Shown piece by piece: positions 1-11,420 of a stretch of DNA of 64,000 bases (positions within the stretch are counted from its first letter, which is position 1; every line of letters starts with the position of its first letter). The notes under the pieces are model-generated. The model was not told the DNA's origin. It did not search any database and worked only from the letters and a program-made list of their open reading frames with translations. This DNA comes from an uncultured Actinomycetes bacterium (GTDB lineage: Bacteria; Actinomycetota; Thermoleophilia; RBG-16-64-13): positions 448,001 through 512,000 of the forward strand of contig CAVPLM010000005.1 in the NCBI GenBank assembly GCA_963706025.1, read 5' to 3'. Both the position numbers and the translations under genes were made by a program.

Positions 1-212
1 ACGGTGACTCCCTTGGTGACGGCGTCGTACACCTTCTCCTCGACGATCTCGATGCCGGTGCCCCGCACCCCTTTCTGCTCCAAGAGCATCTTGAGCAGCG
101 TGCCTCGGCCGCAACCCAGGTCGAGTACCCGCGACCCCTGGGGTACCACGTCGACAATGAACAGGTGGTCCCAACGCACCCCCTCGGCATTGCGGGCGAT
201 GGCGCTAGGCAA
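1..212 (-). CDS. metW: Methionine biosynthesis protein MetW (SAM-dependent methyltransferase fold), 5' part only, runs off the window edge
   Basis: My translation from TTG at 212, overlapping the metX stop: [40 protein letters not shown]...GIEI. It has SAM motif I (VLDLGCG) and the usual metX-metW order. Not in the ORF track. Confidence 0.85.
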   Translation of the reverse strand, partial: MPSAIARNAEGVRWDHLFIVDVVPQGSRVLDLGCGRGTLLKMLLEQKGVRGTGIEIVEEKVYDAVTKGVT

Positions 213-1386
213 GGCGGATGCCTCGCAGTCTGGCCGTCGATCCCAGGAAGTGCCATATCACTCTGGCCAAGTCCTTGTTCTCCAGAAGGAAGGCGTCGTG
301 TCCGTAGGAAGACCTCATCTCGAGATACGAGCAATCCAGGCCGTTGCCCTTGAGTGCCCGTACGATCTCTTTCGACTGATAGGGGGGATAGAGCCAATCG
401 CTGCTGAACGCGATGACCAGGAAACGCATGTCGTCCGGCAGGTCGCGGAAGGTCTCGACGAGCACGCCCCGGTCGGCGGTGAGATCGAAGTAGTCGAGGG
501 CCTTGGTGATGTAGAGGTACGTGTTGGCGTCGAAGCGGCGCGTGAACACCTCCCCTTGATAACGAAGGTAGCTCTCCACCTCGAAGTCGAGCGTGAGATC
601 GAAGCCGGGCAGCTTCTCATCCCGCAGCCGTCTGCCGAACTTCTCGTGCATAGACTCATCGGATAGATAGGTGATATGGCCGATCATGCGGGCCACCGCA
701 AGCCCGCTATCGGGGGCGTCTCCCTGGTAGTAGTCTCCGCCGTTCCAGTTGAGGTCGGTCATGATGGCCTGACGTCCCACTTCGTTGAAAGCTATCTGCA
801 TGGGCGAGTGCTTGTGGGTGGCGGCGATCGGGATGCATGAGGCTACCGCTTCGGGATAGGCGACCGCCCACTCCAGGGCCTGCATCCCGCCCATCGAGCC
901 CCCGCACACGCAGAGAAGTCGCTCGATCTCCAGGTGGTCGATGAGCATCTTCTGAGCCCGCACCATGTCGGCCACGGTGACCATGGGGAAGCCAAGCCCG
1001 TACTCTCTCCCAGTGGCCGGGTTGATGCTGCTGGGCCCGGTACTTCCCTTGCAGCCCCCGATGACGTTCGAGCAGATCACGAAGTACCGCTCGGTATCGA
1101 AACCCTTCCCGGGGCCGATCTGGGTCTCCCACCAGCCGGGTCTGTCTTCTCCGGCGTAGTATCCGGCAGCGTGCGCATCACCCGAGAGGGCGTGCAGGAT
1201 GAGAACGGCGTTGGTCCGCTGATCGTTGAGCCGGCCGTAGGTCTCGTAGGCGATGGTGAACGGCTCCAACCTCTCGCCGGAATCCAGCGGTAGCGAGCTG
1301 AAATCGATTGACTCCAGCCTCACCGTTCCCACCGAGACGCCCAAGGCCCGCTTCCCCAGCACGTAGTCGCTCAACCCTGTTCCCAA
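205..1386 (-). CDS. metX: Homoserine O-acetyltransferase
   Basis: HALSGD, nucleophile GGSMGG and GHDAFL motifs; 393 aa. Confidence 0.95.
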   Translation of the reverse strand: MGTGLSDYVLGKRALGVSVGTVRLESIDFSSLPLDSGERLEPFTIAYETYGRLNDQRTNAVLILHALSGDAHAAGYYAGEDRPGWWETQIGPGKGFDTERYFVICSNVIGGCKGSTGPSSINPATGREYGLGFPMVTVADMVRAQKMLIDHLEIERLLCVCGGSMGGMQALEWAVAYPEAVASCIPIAATHKHSPMQIAFNEVGRQAIMTDLNWNGGDYYQGDAPDSGLAVARMIGHITYLSDESMHEKFGRRLRDEKLPGFDLTLDFEVESYLRYQGEVFTRRFDANTYLYITKALDYFDLTADRGVLVETFRDLPDDMRFLVIAFSSDWLYPPYQSKEIVRALKGNGLDCSYLEMRSSYGHDAFLLENKDLARVIWHFLGSTARLRGIRLA

Positions 1387-1468
1387 CCTCTCTACGGATC
1401 GCGTCCGCCGTCGCGTCAGCGGATTATACGAGCTATGCCCGCGCCGGTGTAACCCGCGTACCTGAGTG

Positions 1469-3231
1469 TCATCCCCTGTAACGGTTCGTTATGGGTAGGC
1501 GCCTGTCCTTTCCGAAGGCCTTGGGAGTGATGCGCACCCCCGGGGCGGCCTGCCGGCGCTTGTACTCGTTGCCGTCGATCATGGCCACCACTCGTTCTAC
1601 CCCGTCCCGCTGCAGGCCGAGCGCCACTATCTCGTCGACACTCTCGTCCCGCACCACGTACGCCTCGATGATGCGGTCGAGGATATCGTAGGGCGGCAGA
1701 GTGTCCTGATCTGTCTGATCCTCGGCCAACTCGGCAGAGGGGGCTCGGTCGATGGTGGACGCAGGTATGGGACCCGGACCCGGACCCAGCGAATTCCTGT
1801 GCCGCGAAAGGCTGTAGACCAACGTCTTGGGCACATCCTTGAGCACGGCGAAGCCGCCGGCCATGTCGCCGTAGAGCGTCGCGTAGCCTACGGCGGTCTC
1901 GCTCTTGTTCCCGGTGGTGAGGACCAACCAGCCCAGTTTGTTGGAGAGCGCCATCAGCACGTTGCCGCGTATGCGGGCCTGGATGTTCTGCTCCGTCACC
2001 CCGGGCTCGTCATTCACGAAGTAGGGGGCGAGGCTCTCCAGGTAGGAGCCATACATGCCTTCGATAGGGATCTCGTAGAAGCGTATCCCCAAGCGGGTGG
2101 CGGTCTCGCGGGCATCGGTCTTCGTACCGGCGCTCGAATAGCGAGACGGCATGGAGACGGCGTTGACTCTGTCCCTGCCCAGGGCATCGGCGGCGATGCA
2201 GGCGGTGAGGGCCGAGTCGATCCCCCCGCTGAGACCCATCACGACCTGCTGGAAGCCGTTCTTCGTGACGTAGTCCCTGACTCCCAGGCAGAGGGCGGCG
2301 TAGACCTCGGCCTCCGTGGTCAGGGGCTCGCTGAGCCTTGCCGCCACGGGTTCGGTCGAAAGACCCTCGCGGGACACCCCGCATGACCCGGCCGGTCAAG
2401 CCGGTGCCCGACTCACCGCCCGAGCGTGCATCAACGACGATGAGCTCCACCGGCCAGTCCCGCTCGACGCAGCGGGAGAGCGCGACGCCCTTTCGCGCAC
2501 GCTCGGGATCCAGGTCGACCACGAGCAGGTCCTCCTCGAACTGGCGGGCGCGGGCAACGACCGTTCCTGAGGGATCGAACACAAGACTCTGGCCATCGAA
2601 GACCAGCTCGTCCTGGCCCCCGACCCCATTGAGGTAGCACAGAAAGGCATCCGCCTCTCTCGCCCTTCTCGAGAGCAGCTCTTCCCGCTCCTTACCCTTT
2701 CCCAGATGGTAGGGCGACATGGAGAGATTGATGATGACGTGGGCCCCGCCCCGGTACGCCGCCGTCTCGGTGGGGCCGCAGTCGTCCCAGATGTCTTCGC
2801 AGATGCTGAGTGCCAGGCGCACCCCTGAGACCTCGAGCACGGTGACGCGATCTCCCGGTGTGAAGTAGCGCTTCTCATCGAACACGGCGTAGTTGGGCAG
2901 CAAGAGTTTCTGGTAGAAGCCGACCATCACTCCCCCAGCCAGGACAGCCGCCGCGTTGTGACACACCTCCACCGTCCACGAGCGGAACCCCGACCAGGGC
3001 GACTATGTCGGGACAGGCGACCGCGACGTTAAGGAGGGCTTCACGGCAGCCGGCCAAGAAATGATCTTTGAGGAGCAGATCCTCCGGCGGATACCCGGCT
3101 ATGGCCAGCTCTGGGAAGACGACGATATCCACGCCCATCGCACAGGCCTGCCCCGTCCGCTCGATAAGCAGCTGCGCGTTGCCTTTGAGATCACCGACGG
3201 TCGGATTTACCTGCGCCAGCGCTATCCTCAC
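1469..3231 (-). CDS. nadE: Glutamine-dependent NAD+ synthetase, split by two +1 frameshifts (~2970, ~2378)
   Basis: Three consecutive ORF pieces: the nitrilase domain ([23 protein letters not shown]) and the synthetase domain ([20 protein letters not shown]). GTG start at 3231. Confidence 0.92.
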
Positions 3232-3244
3232 CTTGTCCGTCCCC

Positions 3245-4645
3245 TCACCCGGCACTCTCCAGGACATCCAGCAGCTCTCTAGTCTTGAGCTCGAGCAGAT
3301 CCCTGTCCGCCCGGGTCTCGACGTTCAAGCGCACCACCGGCTCGGTATTGGACGGGCGGACGTTGAAGCGCCACGTTGGGTATTCGATGCTCAAGCCGTC
3401 CGTCTCGTCGACAGCCAAAGCCCCGGGCTCATACTTATCCCTGACCAAGGCAAGGGCCCTTGCCGGGTCCGCGATGGTCAGATTGATCTCTCCGCTGACA
3501 GGGTAGCGCGCGATCCCTTCCTCCATGAGTGCGGAAAGCGGCCGCCCCTCCTCGCTCAGCGCTTCCACCACCTGCAGCCAGGGGATCATGCCGCTGTCGC
3601 AATAGGAGAACTCCCGGAAGTAGTGATGGGCGGACATCTCCCCCCCATAGGCAGCGTCGACGGCCCGCATCTTCTCCTTGATGAAGGCATGCCCGCTCTT
3701 GGAGACCACCGCCCGCCCGCCCGCCGCTTCCACGAGATCGCGGGTGTTCCAGACCAGGCGGGGATCGTGGACGATGGCCGCCCCGGGATGGCGGCGGAGG
3801 GCGCGTTGGGCCAGCAGACCCACGAGGTAGTAGCCCTCGACGAACTCGCCTCGCTCGTCGAAGAAGAAGCAGCGGTCGAAGTCGCCGTCCCAGGCGATAC
3901 CAAGGTCCGCCTTCTCTGCCACCACCGCTTCGGCCGTTAAGGCCCGGTTCTCGGGCAGTAACGGGTTGGGAACGCCCAGGGGGAACGACCCGTCCGGCCG
4001 ATGGTTGATCTTGACGAAATCGAGGGGCAGGGACTGCTCCAACAGGTCCACGATCGGTCCGGCTCCGCCGTTTCCGGCGTTGACGACCACCTTCAGCGGC
4101 CGGAGCTTCGTCTCATCGACATAGGACAAGAGGTGCTCGACATAGCGCGATCGCACGTCGACCTGCGTGATGGCTCCCGGCCGCGTCGCTCCAGGTCCGG
4201 TCGGGGCCGAGGCCCCTTCTGCAGCCCGGCTGAGGGCACTCGCCACCATCGCCTCCATGTCGAGCAGCCCGGTATCGGCACTGATGGGTCTGGCCTGCGC
4301 ACGGGTGAACTTCATGCCATTGTAGTCACGGGGATTGTGGCTGGCTGTGACCATCACTCCGCCGTCGAGATCGAGGAAGAAGGTCGCGAAATAGACTTCC
4401 TCCGTGCCCACCAGGCCGATATCGACCACGTCGACTCCCGAGCCGGTGAGTCCCCTGCACAGCGCCTCGGTCAACGCCGGACTTGTGAGGCGGACATCGT
4501 GGCCGACGACGACCTTGCGTGCACCCACCAGGGCCGCGTATGCGCGCCCGATGAGCTCAGCCATCTCTTCGTTCAGTTGGTCGGGCACCCGGCCGCGTAC
4601 ATCGTAGGCTTTGAAGCACTCCAGGTGCGCCCCGTCATGCGCCAT
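3245..4645 (-). CDS. Phosphomannomutase/phosphoglucomutase
   Basis: FKAYDVRG, phosphoserine loop TASHNP, metal loop DGDFDR, GEMSAH and RPSNTEP motifs. Confidence 0.93.
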   Translation of the reverse strand: MAHDGAHLECFKAYDVRGRVPDQLNEEMAELIGRAYAALVGARKVVVGHDVRLTSPALTEALCRGLTGSGVDVVDIGLVGTEEVYFATFFLDLDGGVMVTASHNPRDYNGMKFTRAQARPISADTGLLDMEAMVASALSRAAEGASAPTGPGATRPGAITQVDVRSRYVEHLLSYVDETKLRPLKVVVNAGNGGAGPIVDLLEQSLPLDFVKINHRPDGSFPLGVPNPLLPENRALTAEAVVAEKADLGIAWDGDFDRCFFFDERGEFVEGYYLVGLLAQRALRRHPGAAIVHDPRLVWNTRDLVEAAGGRAVVSKSGHAFIKEKMRAVDAAYGGEMSAHHYFREFSYCDSGMIPWLQVVEALSEEGRPLSALMEEGIARYPVSGEINLTIADPARALALVRDKYEPGALAVDETDGLSIEYPTWRFNVRPSNTEPVVRLNVETRADRDLLELKTRELLDVLESAG

Positions 4646-4742
4646 CGGTGACCTCCCAGTATCTGGTGGGTATCCCCCGCTTCCGCGTCTCGAGACCCGG
4701 ACGGCCTCGAGCGGACGGGTCCCCCTCGGCGGCTGCCTCCCG

Positions 4743-4771
4743 TTGCATGGGGCAATTCATTCGCCTATACT
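4743..4771 (+). promoter_or_regulatory. Housekeeping-sigma promoter of tRNA-Asn
   Basis: TTGCAT-N17-TATACT, 15 nt upstream of the tRNA. Confidence 0.65.
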
Positions 4772-4786
4772 ACGCGAGGTTCCCGC

Positions 4787-4861
4787 TCCTCGGTAGCTCA
4801 ATGGTAGAGCACCTGGCTGTTAACCAGGGTGTTGCAGGTTCGAGTCCTGCCCGAGGAGCCA
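4787..4861 (+). tRNA. tRNA-Asn (GTT)
   Basis: Acceptor stem TCCTCGG/CCGAGGA, anticodon arm CCTGG-CT GTT AA-CCAGG, T-loop GTTCGAG, encoded CCA. Confidence 0.97.
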
Positions 4862-4888
4862 TTTATTTCCGGAAGGATAGCGGGCTGA

Positions 4889-5149
4889 TCACGCCGCTCG
4901 GATAAGGTCCCGGCCCGCTTTCGCCGACGGCTGGTCGCACGAAAAAGCGGCTATTTCGCAACCGCAGACCGGGCAGGTCAGGATACGGCTTTCCTCTGGA
5001 TAGGGCCGGCTCAGGCCCATCGTGCAAGAGGCACCGCCGCTTTCCATCGACTGCAATGCTGCTCCGCAACACACACATACCGATCCCGGGTGGAGATCGC
5101 ACACATACGCCCCTAGAGTGGGCGCTTCAACGACTCTGTTACCTTCCAT
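4889..5149 (-). CDS. Small Cys-rich putative zinc-ribbon protein, translationally coupled to lexA
   Basis: ATG overlaps the lexA TAA (TAATG), with SD GGAGG upstream. CVCCG and CPVCG knuckles; 86 aa. Confidence 0.6.
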   Translation of the reverse strand: MEGNRVVEAPTLGAYVCDLHPGSVCVCCGAALQSMESGGASCTMGLSRPYPEESRILTCPVCGCEIAAFSCDQPSAKAGRDLIRAA

Positions 5150-5767
5150 TAGAGCCTCCGGATCACTCCTGTGACCTTACCCACGATCCGCGGATCCCGG
5201 GTGAAGATCGGCTCCATCGAGTCGTTCTCGGGTTGAAGCCGAACGGTGTCGGACTCCCGGAAGAACCGCTTGAGGGTGGCTTCTTCATCCAGGACCGCCA
5301 CCACTATGTCACCGTCATCTGCGGTCTCCTGTCGTTTGACCACGACCAGGTCACCATCTAAGATGCCTGCCTTGATCATGGAGGTTCCCGTCACCCGTAG
5401 GGCGAAGCACTCCTGCGGTTCGCCCAGGAACGCCGGGATGGCGATCGCCTCCTCGATGTTCTCCTCCGCCAGCAACGGGACCCCAGCTGCGACCCGTCCT
5501 ACCAGGGGGATCAGCAGGGGATTCCGAACAGCGCGACGAGGCGACTGACCGCCCGCCGGCCGGATGACTTCGAGAGCCCGCCGCTTCGACGAGCCCCGGC
5601 GGATGTAACCCTTGGCTTCGAGTGAGGCAAGGTGACTTTGCACCGACGCCGGCGAGCACAGACCGACGGCGGCGCCGATCTCGCGCACAGTGGGCGGGTA
5701 CCCCTGCGCTCTGACCGCCTCCTCTATCACCTGCAGTATCTGCCTGCTGTCTTTCCGGCAGTTTCAT
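5149..5767 (-). CDS. lexA: SOS repressor LexA (+1 frameshift near 5743)
   Basis: YPPTVREIG HTH, Ala-Gly cleavage site VAAG, catalytic Ser (GTSM) and Lys (ATLK). The N-terminus MKLPERQ lies in the adjacent frame, from ATG 5767 with SD GAGGAG. Confidence 0.95.
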
Positions 5768-5782
5768 CGCCGTCTCCTCGGT

Positions 5783-5822
5783 GAACATTCGTTCGGTTGG
5801 GGGCAGTATAGAATATGTGTTC
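5783..5822. promoter_or_regulatory. Two LexA (SOS/Cheo) boxes overlapping the lexA promoter
   Basis: GAAC-ATTC-GTTC at 5783-5794 and GAAT-ATGT-GTTC at 5811-5822. The second lies in the spacer of the minus-strand promoter TTGCAG-N17-TATACT (5833-5805). Confidence 0.85.
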
Positions 5823-5841
5823 GGTCGCTGCAAGACTCCTG

Positions 5842-5870
5842 TTGACGCCCCCAGACGGGGGCCCTATACT
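5842..5870 (+). promoter_or_regulatory. Housekeeping-sigma promoter of tRNA-Leu
   Basis: TTGACG-N17-TATACT, 21 nt upstream of the tRNA. Confidence 0.75.
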
Positions 5871-5891
5871 CACCGCTGTTCGCAAGTCCAC

Positions 5892-5976
5892 GTCCGAGTG
5901 GCGGAACTGGCAGACGCGCTAGGTTGAGGGCCTAGTGAGTGCATAACTCATGGGGGTTCAAGTCCCCCCTCGGACA
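5892..5976 (+). tRNA. tRNA-Leu (GAG)
   Basis: Acceptor stem GTCCGAG/CTCGGAC, anticodon arm CTAGG-TT GAG GG-CCTAG, long variable arm, GTTCAAG; CCA not encoded. Confidence 0.96.
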
Positions 5977-6134
5977 CCTCTCTCCCCCTCTTTCGCGGTC
6001 GCGCGCTTCGCATCTGCTTGAACAAACCTGATCCAAGTGGTTGCATCGGCGGCTGAACGGGTAGTCTGCTAACGTTGCAGACAGGCAAGATCGGCGTGGA
6101 TTCGAGTCAACCTTTCGACGATCCGGAGGAAGAA

Positions 6135-8644
6135 ATGGTCAGAGGCCCCGCAGAACTCCGACCCGACGAGATATACCGGCTTTGCGACGGGTCGATCTTC
6201 CCGTTCGAGACCACAGCGGAATTGCCCGAGTTTGCCGACATCATCGGTCAGGCCCGCGCTGTATCCTCGGTGGAGTTCGGGATGGGGATCAGCAACGACG
6301 GCTACAACATCTTCGCCGTCGGTCCTGCAGGGACGGGGAAATCCAGCACTATCCTTGGCTTCCTGTCCCGAGAGGCGGCCTCTCTTCCGGCCCCCGATGA
6401 CTGGGTCTACGTCTACAACTTCGCCAAGCCGTATCAGCCGAATGCGATCCGGATGCCGGCCGGTCGGGGTGATGAGTTCCGCAAGGATATGGAGAAGCTG
6501 GTCGAGGATCTCCAGGCCGCAATCACCCAAGCCTTCGAGAGCGAGGAATACGAGAAGCAGAAGCGGGAGATCGCCCAGCAGGTCAGCGAGCGCCAGGAGA
6601 GCAAGCTGAGCGCGCTCAGCCAGAAGGCGGAGTCAGGACAGTTCCAGATGGTACGCACCCCCGCGGGCTTGGCCTTCGCTCCCAAGACCGCAGACAACGA
6701 GACCATGTCGCGAGAGGCGTATGAAGCCCTGCCCCCCGAGGAGCAGAAACGCATCGACGACGGCCTTGAAAGCTTGAACGAAGAACTGCAGCAGATAATG
6801 CGTCTCGTCCGGCAGGACGAGCGGGCCGGCCGGGAGTCCTGGCGAGAGCTCGACCGTCAGGTCACCACGTTCGCCGCAAAGCATCTTGTTGACGAGGCCT
6901 GCGAGCGCTGGTGTGACGTGCCCGAGATGGTGGACTATCTGCAGGGCGTCCTGCAAGACGTGGTGGAGAACGCCGACGACTTCAAGAAGTCGGACGACGA
7001 GACGCCGGTTATGTTCATGGGCATGCCCATCTCTCCACGCCAGAAGGGCGAGGGCGTCTTCCGCAAGTACAAGATCAACGTTCTGGTCGACAACTCGAAA
7101 CAGACCGGAGCTCCCGTCGTCAGCGAAAGCAACCCCTTGATGGGGAACTTGGTTGGCCGGATCGAGCATCAGGCGCAATTCGGCGCTCTGCTCACCGACT
7201 TCAGCATGATCAAACCTGGAGCCTTGCACAAGGCCAACGGTGGCTTTCTCGTGCTCGACGCCAGAGATGTCCTTATGAAGCCTTATGCGTGGGACGCCCT
7301 GAAGCGCACGCTCAAGACCTCCGAGATCCGGGTGGAGGATATCGCCCAGCAGATGGGCTTCGTCACCACCGCCACCCTTGATCCGGAACCCATCCCCTTC
7401 AAGGCCAAGATCGTGCTCATCGGGGAACCCTTCATCTACTACCTGCTTTACACACAGGACCCGGAATTCCAGGAATTGTTCAAAGTCAAAGCCGACTTCG
7501 ACACCGTCGTGGACCGAACCCCGGACAACGAGCAACTGTATGCCCGCTTCATAGGCCACCTCTGCCGGCAACGCGGTCTCCCCCCTTCTCTGCCGACGGA
7601 GTCGCCCGCGTGATCGAGCAGTGTTCCCGCTTGGTCGAAGACCAGCGCAAGATGACTACCCGGTTCGTCGATGTCGCCGACCTTCTCACAGAATCCGGGT
7701 ACTGGGCGGGAAAGGGACGCCGGGGGCGGGCAAGGCCTGTGGTTCTAGGAAAGCACGTCCAGAAAGCCATAGACCAGCGGGTCTACCGCTCCAACCGGGT
7801 GGAAGAGCGGGTGCGCGAGATGATCACCGAGGCGACCGTGATGGTCGACACTCGAGGTGCAGTGGTCGGCCAGATAAACGGGCTTTCGGTCTCGTCGATA
7901 GGAGACTACATGTTCGGGCGCCCCAGCCGCATTACCGCCACGCACCGCCTGGGGGATGGCGAACTGGTGGATATCGAGCGAGAGGTGGAGATGGGCGGTC
8001 CCATCCACTCCAAAGGGGTACTGATACTGGCGGGCTATCTGGGCGCCAAGTACGCCTCCGACCGGCCTCTCTCTCTGACGGCCCGGCTCGTGTTCGAGCA
8101 ATCCTACTCCGGAGTGGAAGGCGATAGCGCTTCGTCGGCCGAGTTGTATGCCCTGCTGTCCTCGCTCTCCGGCCTGCCCATCCAACAGCGTTTCGCTGTG
8201 ACCGGTTCGGTCAACCAGCGTGGGCAGGTGCAGGCAATCGGGGGTGTCAACGAGAAGATCGAGGGCTTCTTCGCAGTGTGCAAGGCTCTGGGTCTGAGGG
8301 GCGATGAAGGCGTTCTGATCCCGAAGTCCAACGTCCGCAACCTGATGTTGAGCGAATCGGTACGGCAGGCCGTGGAGAAGGGACGGTTCCACATCTACCC
8401 CATCACGAGCATCGACGAAGGGATCACCGTGTTGACCGGCCTTCCTGCCGGTGCACTCAGCGCAAAGGGAGCGTATCCGAGGGGATCGGTCAATCGCCTC
8501 GTGGTCGACCGCCTGGCCTTCCTCACCGAAAAGGCGCGAGAAGGAGAACGCAAGAAGGACAGAACCGGAGGACGGACCAGCGCGACTGGGGACGATGGAT
8601 CGCTCCGCCCAGCGCGGAATGAGGCGACCAAGACCTCATTCTGA
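6135..8644 (+). CDS. Lon-like (LonC/COG1067-type) AAA protease, frameshifted at a C-run (~7580)
   Basis: IIGQARA, GPAGTGKS and GALHKANGGFL in the first piece. The Lon protease domain (GQINGLS, Ser in EGDSAS, Lys in IGGVNEKIEGF) is in the second piece. Restoring one C joins the frames. Confidence 0.9.
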
Positions 8645-8679
8645 AACGAGTTCTAGGAAGCAGGTCGACGCCAGTTCGA

Positions 8680-8708
8680 GGTGTGAGGGGCGGCACGCCC
8701 CTCACACC
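8680..8708. terminator. Hairpin between convergent lon-like and fdhA-like genes
   Basis: GGTGTGAGGGGCG-GCA-CGCCCCTCACACC, a perfect 13-bp stem. Confidence 0.7.
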
Positions 8709-8722
8709 CAACCCTTCTACTC

Positions 8723-11420
8723 CTATACTCGCTCAATGCGGACCGCCGGAGTACCGGAGACCCCCCATTCGAAGAGACGGGCGGCCGGCGCCGTTGCAGA
8801 GAAGCCGGGTAGGAACACGACACCCGCCGGTACGCGTCCGGTGACCCAGGCCTCAAGCTCGATCGCCGCCTGATTGCGCCCGACGACCCTTACCCGGTCG
8901 CCGTCCGAGATACCGATGCTCGTCGCATCCGCGGGGTTGACCTCGAGTCTGGCCTCGTCGACCAAGCTGGTCAGCCCGGCCGAGCGGCGCGACCGCACAC
9001 CTGTTCCGTGGTGCTCGAGGACGCAACCAGTGAGCAGCACGAACCCATAGTCGGCATCGACCGCTGTTTCCGAGATGCCGCTTTCCACGGGCGCGAATAC
9101 GGCTTTGCCCCCGCGCGAACTCACTCACGTGCAGGACGGCAGTACCTGGGTGGTCCACTCCCGGGCAAGGCAGCTGCAGACCCTCGTCATCGAGACGGTC
9201 ATACGAGATGCCCTTGTAGCACCAGACCACGTCGGCGATCTCGCGCATCACGTCCGCGGGCTCTGCATAGGCCCAATCGCCACCAAGCCCTTTGGCCAAC
9301 CGCTGGATGATCTTCCAGTCGGGAAGCGCCTCCCCCAGTGGCGGAACCGCCGGCCGTACCCGCTGGACGAAACGCTCCACATTGGTGAAGGTGCCTTCAT
9401 CCTCACTGCTGACCACGGACGGCAGGACCACATCGGCGAACTTCGCGGTCTCTGTGAGGAAACTATCCTGCAAGACCACGCAATTCACCTTCGTCAAGGC
9501 CTGGCGAGTCCTGGCCTCGTCGGCGGCGGAGAGCGCCGGATCGGTCCCAACGACGTATAAGAAGCCGATCTCACCCTTTTCTGCGGCCTCGAGCACCTGG
9601 CTGGAGGTTCGACCGGGCACCGCAGCGGACAGGGTGGCACCCCAGGCCGCTTCCAACCTGGCGACAGCTTCGGGGTCGTTCGGTAGCGACCCTCCGGGGA
9701 GTCGGTCAGGGCGGAGGCCCATGTCGAACAGGCCCTGCGAGTTGGCGCCGGCACGCAGCGGGTAGACGCCGGTGCCCGGACGCCCGATGTTGCCGGTGAG
9801 GAGGGCCAGGTCGGTCACCGCCTTCACCGACGCTACTCCCGTTGAGCCGTGGGTCAGACCCGGTCCGAACAGGATAGCGGCAGCGGCGGCCTGGCCGTAG
9901 GCCGCGGCCGCCGCCCGCAGGACATCCGCATCTAGACCGCAGGCGGCGGCTTCGCCGGCTACGTCCACCTTCTCCAACGAAGCCAGAAAAGCGTCGAAAC
10001 CCTCCGTACGGTCCGCCACGAACTCCGCATCGTTGAGGCCGAGGTCGAGCAGGTGGCGCATCATCCCGCGAAGTAGCGCAAGATCCGTCCCCGGCTTGAT
10101 GGCCAGGTGATGCTTGGCCCGCCGGGCGAGCTCGGTGGTGCGCGGATCCACGACGATCACGGTCTTGCCCTTGCGCATCGCTCTGATCACATCGAGCGCA
10201 AGAACCGGGTCGGATTCGGTAAGGTTGGCGCCGATCACGAGGATCACGTCGGCCGCCCCCAGATCCTTGCGCGAATTGGTGGCGGGGGCCGCTCCGAAGG
10301 CGGCCGGGAGAGCTTCCTCGGAGGCAGCCTGCCAACCGTGGTCGATGGAATCGATGTTGTTCGAGCCCAGGAGTCCGCGTACCAGCTTCTGCAAGAGGTA
10401 GGCCGCTTCATTGGTGCAGTGTGTCCCACACACCGCCGCAATGGCTTGGCCCCCCTTCTCCTTCCGGACCGCCGCGGCCTTCTCGACCACCCGAGCCAGA
10501 GCTTCCTCCCACGAGGCCTCTTCCAGCTCTCCGGCAGCGCTCCTCACCAGAGGGGCAGTCAGCCGGTCGGGAGCGTCGGTGTAACCGATCCCGAAGCGCC
10601 CCTTCACGCACAGGTTGCCGGCGTTGAGGCCCTTCTCCAGTTCCGAGGCGACCCGGACCACCTTGTCCCGGTAGCTGTGCAGGACCAGACGGCAACCATT
10701 GCTGCAGTAAGAGCAGGTGGTGGCGGTCTTCGTAGTCTGCCACTCGCGCGCGCCCTGAGGAGTGCGCTGACCGATGACCGCCCCGACCGGACAGGTGCTC
10801 ACGCACTGTCCGCAGGAGACGCAACCCACTTGCTGCAAGGGGAGCCGATAGGCCGTGTCGACCTCGCTCTCGTAGCCGCGATTGAGATATCCCCAGCAGC
10901 CGATCGACATCACTTCGCGACAGATGCGTACGCATCGACCACACAGAATGCACCGGGCCCCGAAGTGAGCCACGTTCGGATGGTCGCCTGGATCGCCGGC
11001 CAGTGGTCCCCGCCAGCCCCATGGCACCATATCCACGAGATACTCGTAGGCATAGTCCTGTAGACGGCAGTCGCCGGCGGCCTCGCAGACGGGGCAATCG
11101 AGCGGATGGTTGGTCAGCAGTAGTTCCATCACGAACTTGCGCAGCTTGAGGATCTTCTCGCTGTGCGTCTCCACGACCATGCCTGCCCTGATCGCAGTCC
11201 CGCAGGCTGCCATGGGGCCGCGGGCGCCTTCCACCTCCACCAGGCACATACGGCAGGCGCCATAGGGCTCAAGACGGGGATCGTGGCACAGGGTGGGGAT
11301 GTCGACGCCTGCTTCGCGCGCCACCTCCAGGATGGTCTTGCCAGGGAGTGCCTGGATCTCCCGCCCGTTGAGGGTGAGAGTCACCGGTTGGGCCCCGGTC
11401 GGCTCGGCGGCGACGGACAT
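8723..11420 (-). CDS. FdhA/NuoG-like Fe-S subunit with a degenerate molybdopterin domain (+1 frameshift in a G-run ~9108)
   Basis: ATG 11420 overlaps the upstream TGA. Fe-S motifs CHDP..ACRMC..C, HPLDCPVC..C, CILCGRCVRIC, CVSCGQCVSTCP and CSYCSNGC..LCVKG. The Mo-bisPGD fold continues to the C-terminal barrel (VNPADA..I), but the catalytic C/U-H is absent. Confidence 0.85.

Noticed and set aside
1387-1468. SAM riboswitch or T-box upstream of metX
   Set aside because: The gap is only about 80 bp, with TATAAT about 40 nt from the start, leaving no room. No riboswitch motifs are visible.
1469-3231. Pseudogene or programmed-frameshift calls for nadE, tpiA, lexA and others
   Set aside because: Catalytic motifs are intact, several of the genes are essential, and there is no consistent slippery motif. 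Assembly error is more parsimonious.
10329-10337. Selenocysteine recoding in the FDH-like subunit
   Set aside because: The codon is TGG, not TGA. The following His is also lost and the flanking motif has diverged.
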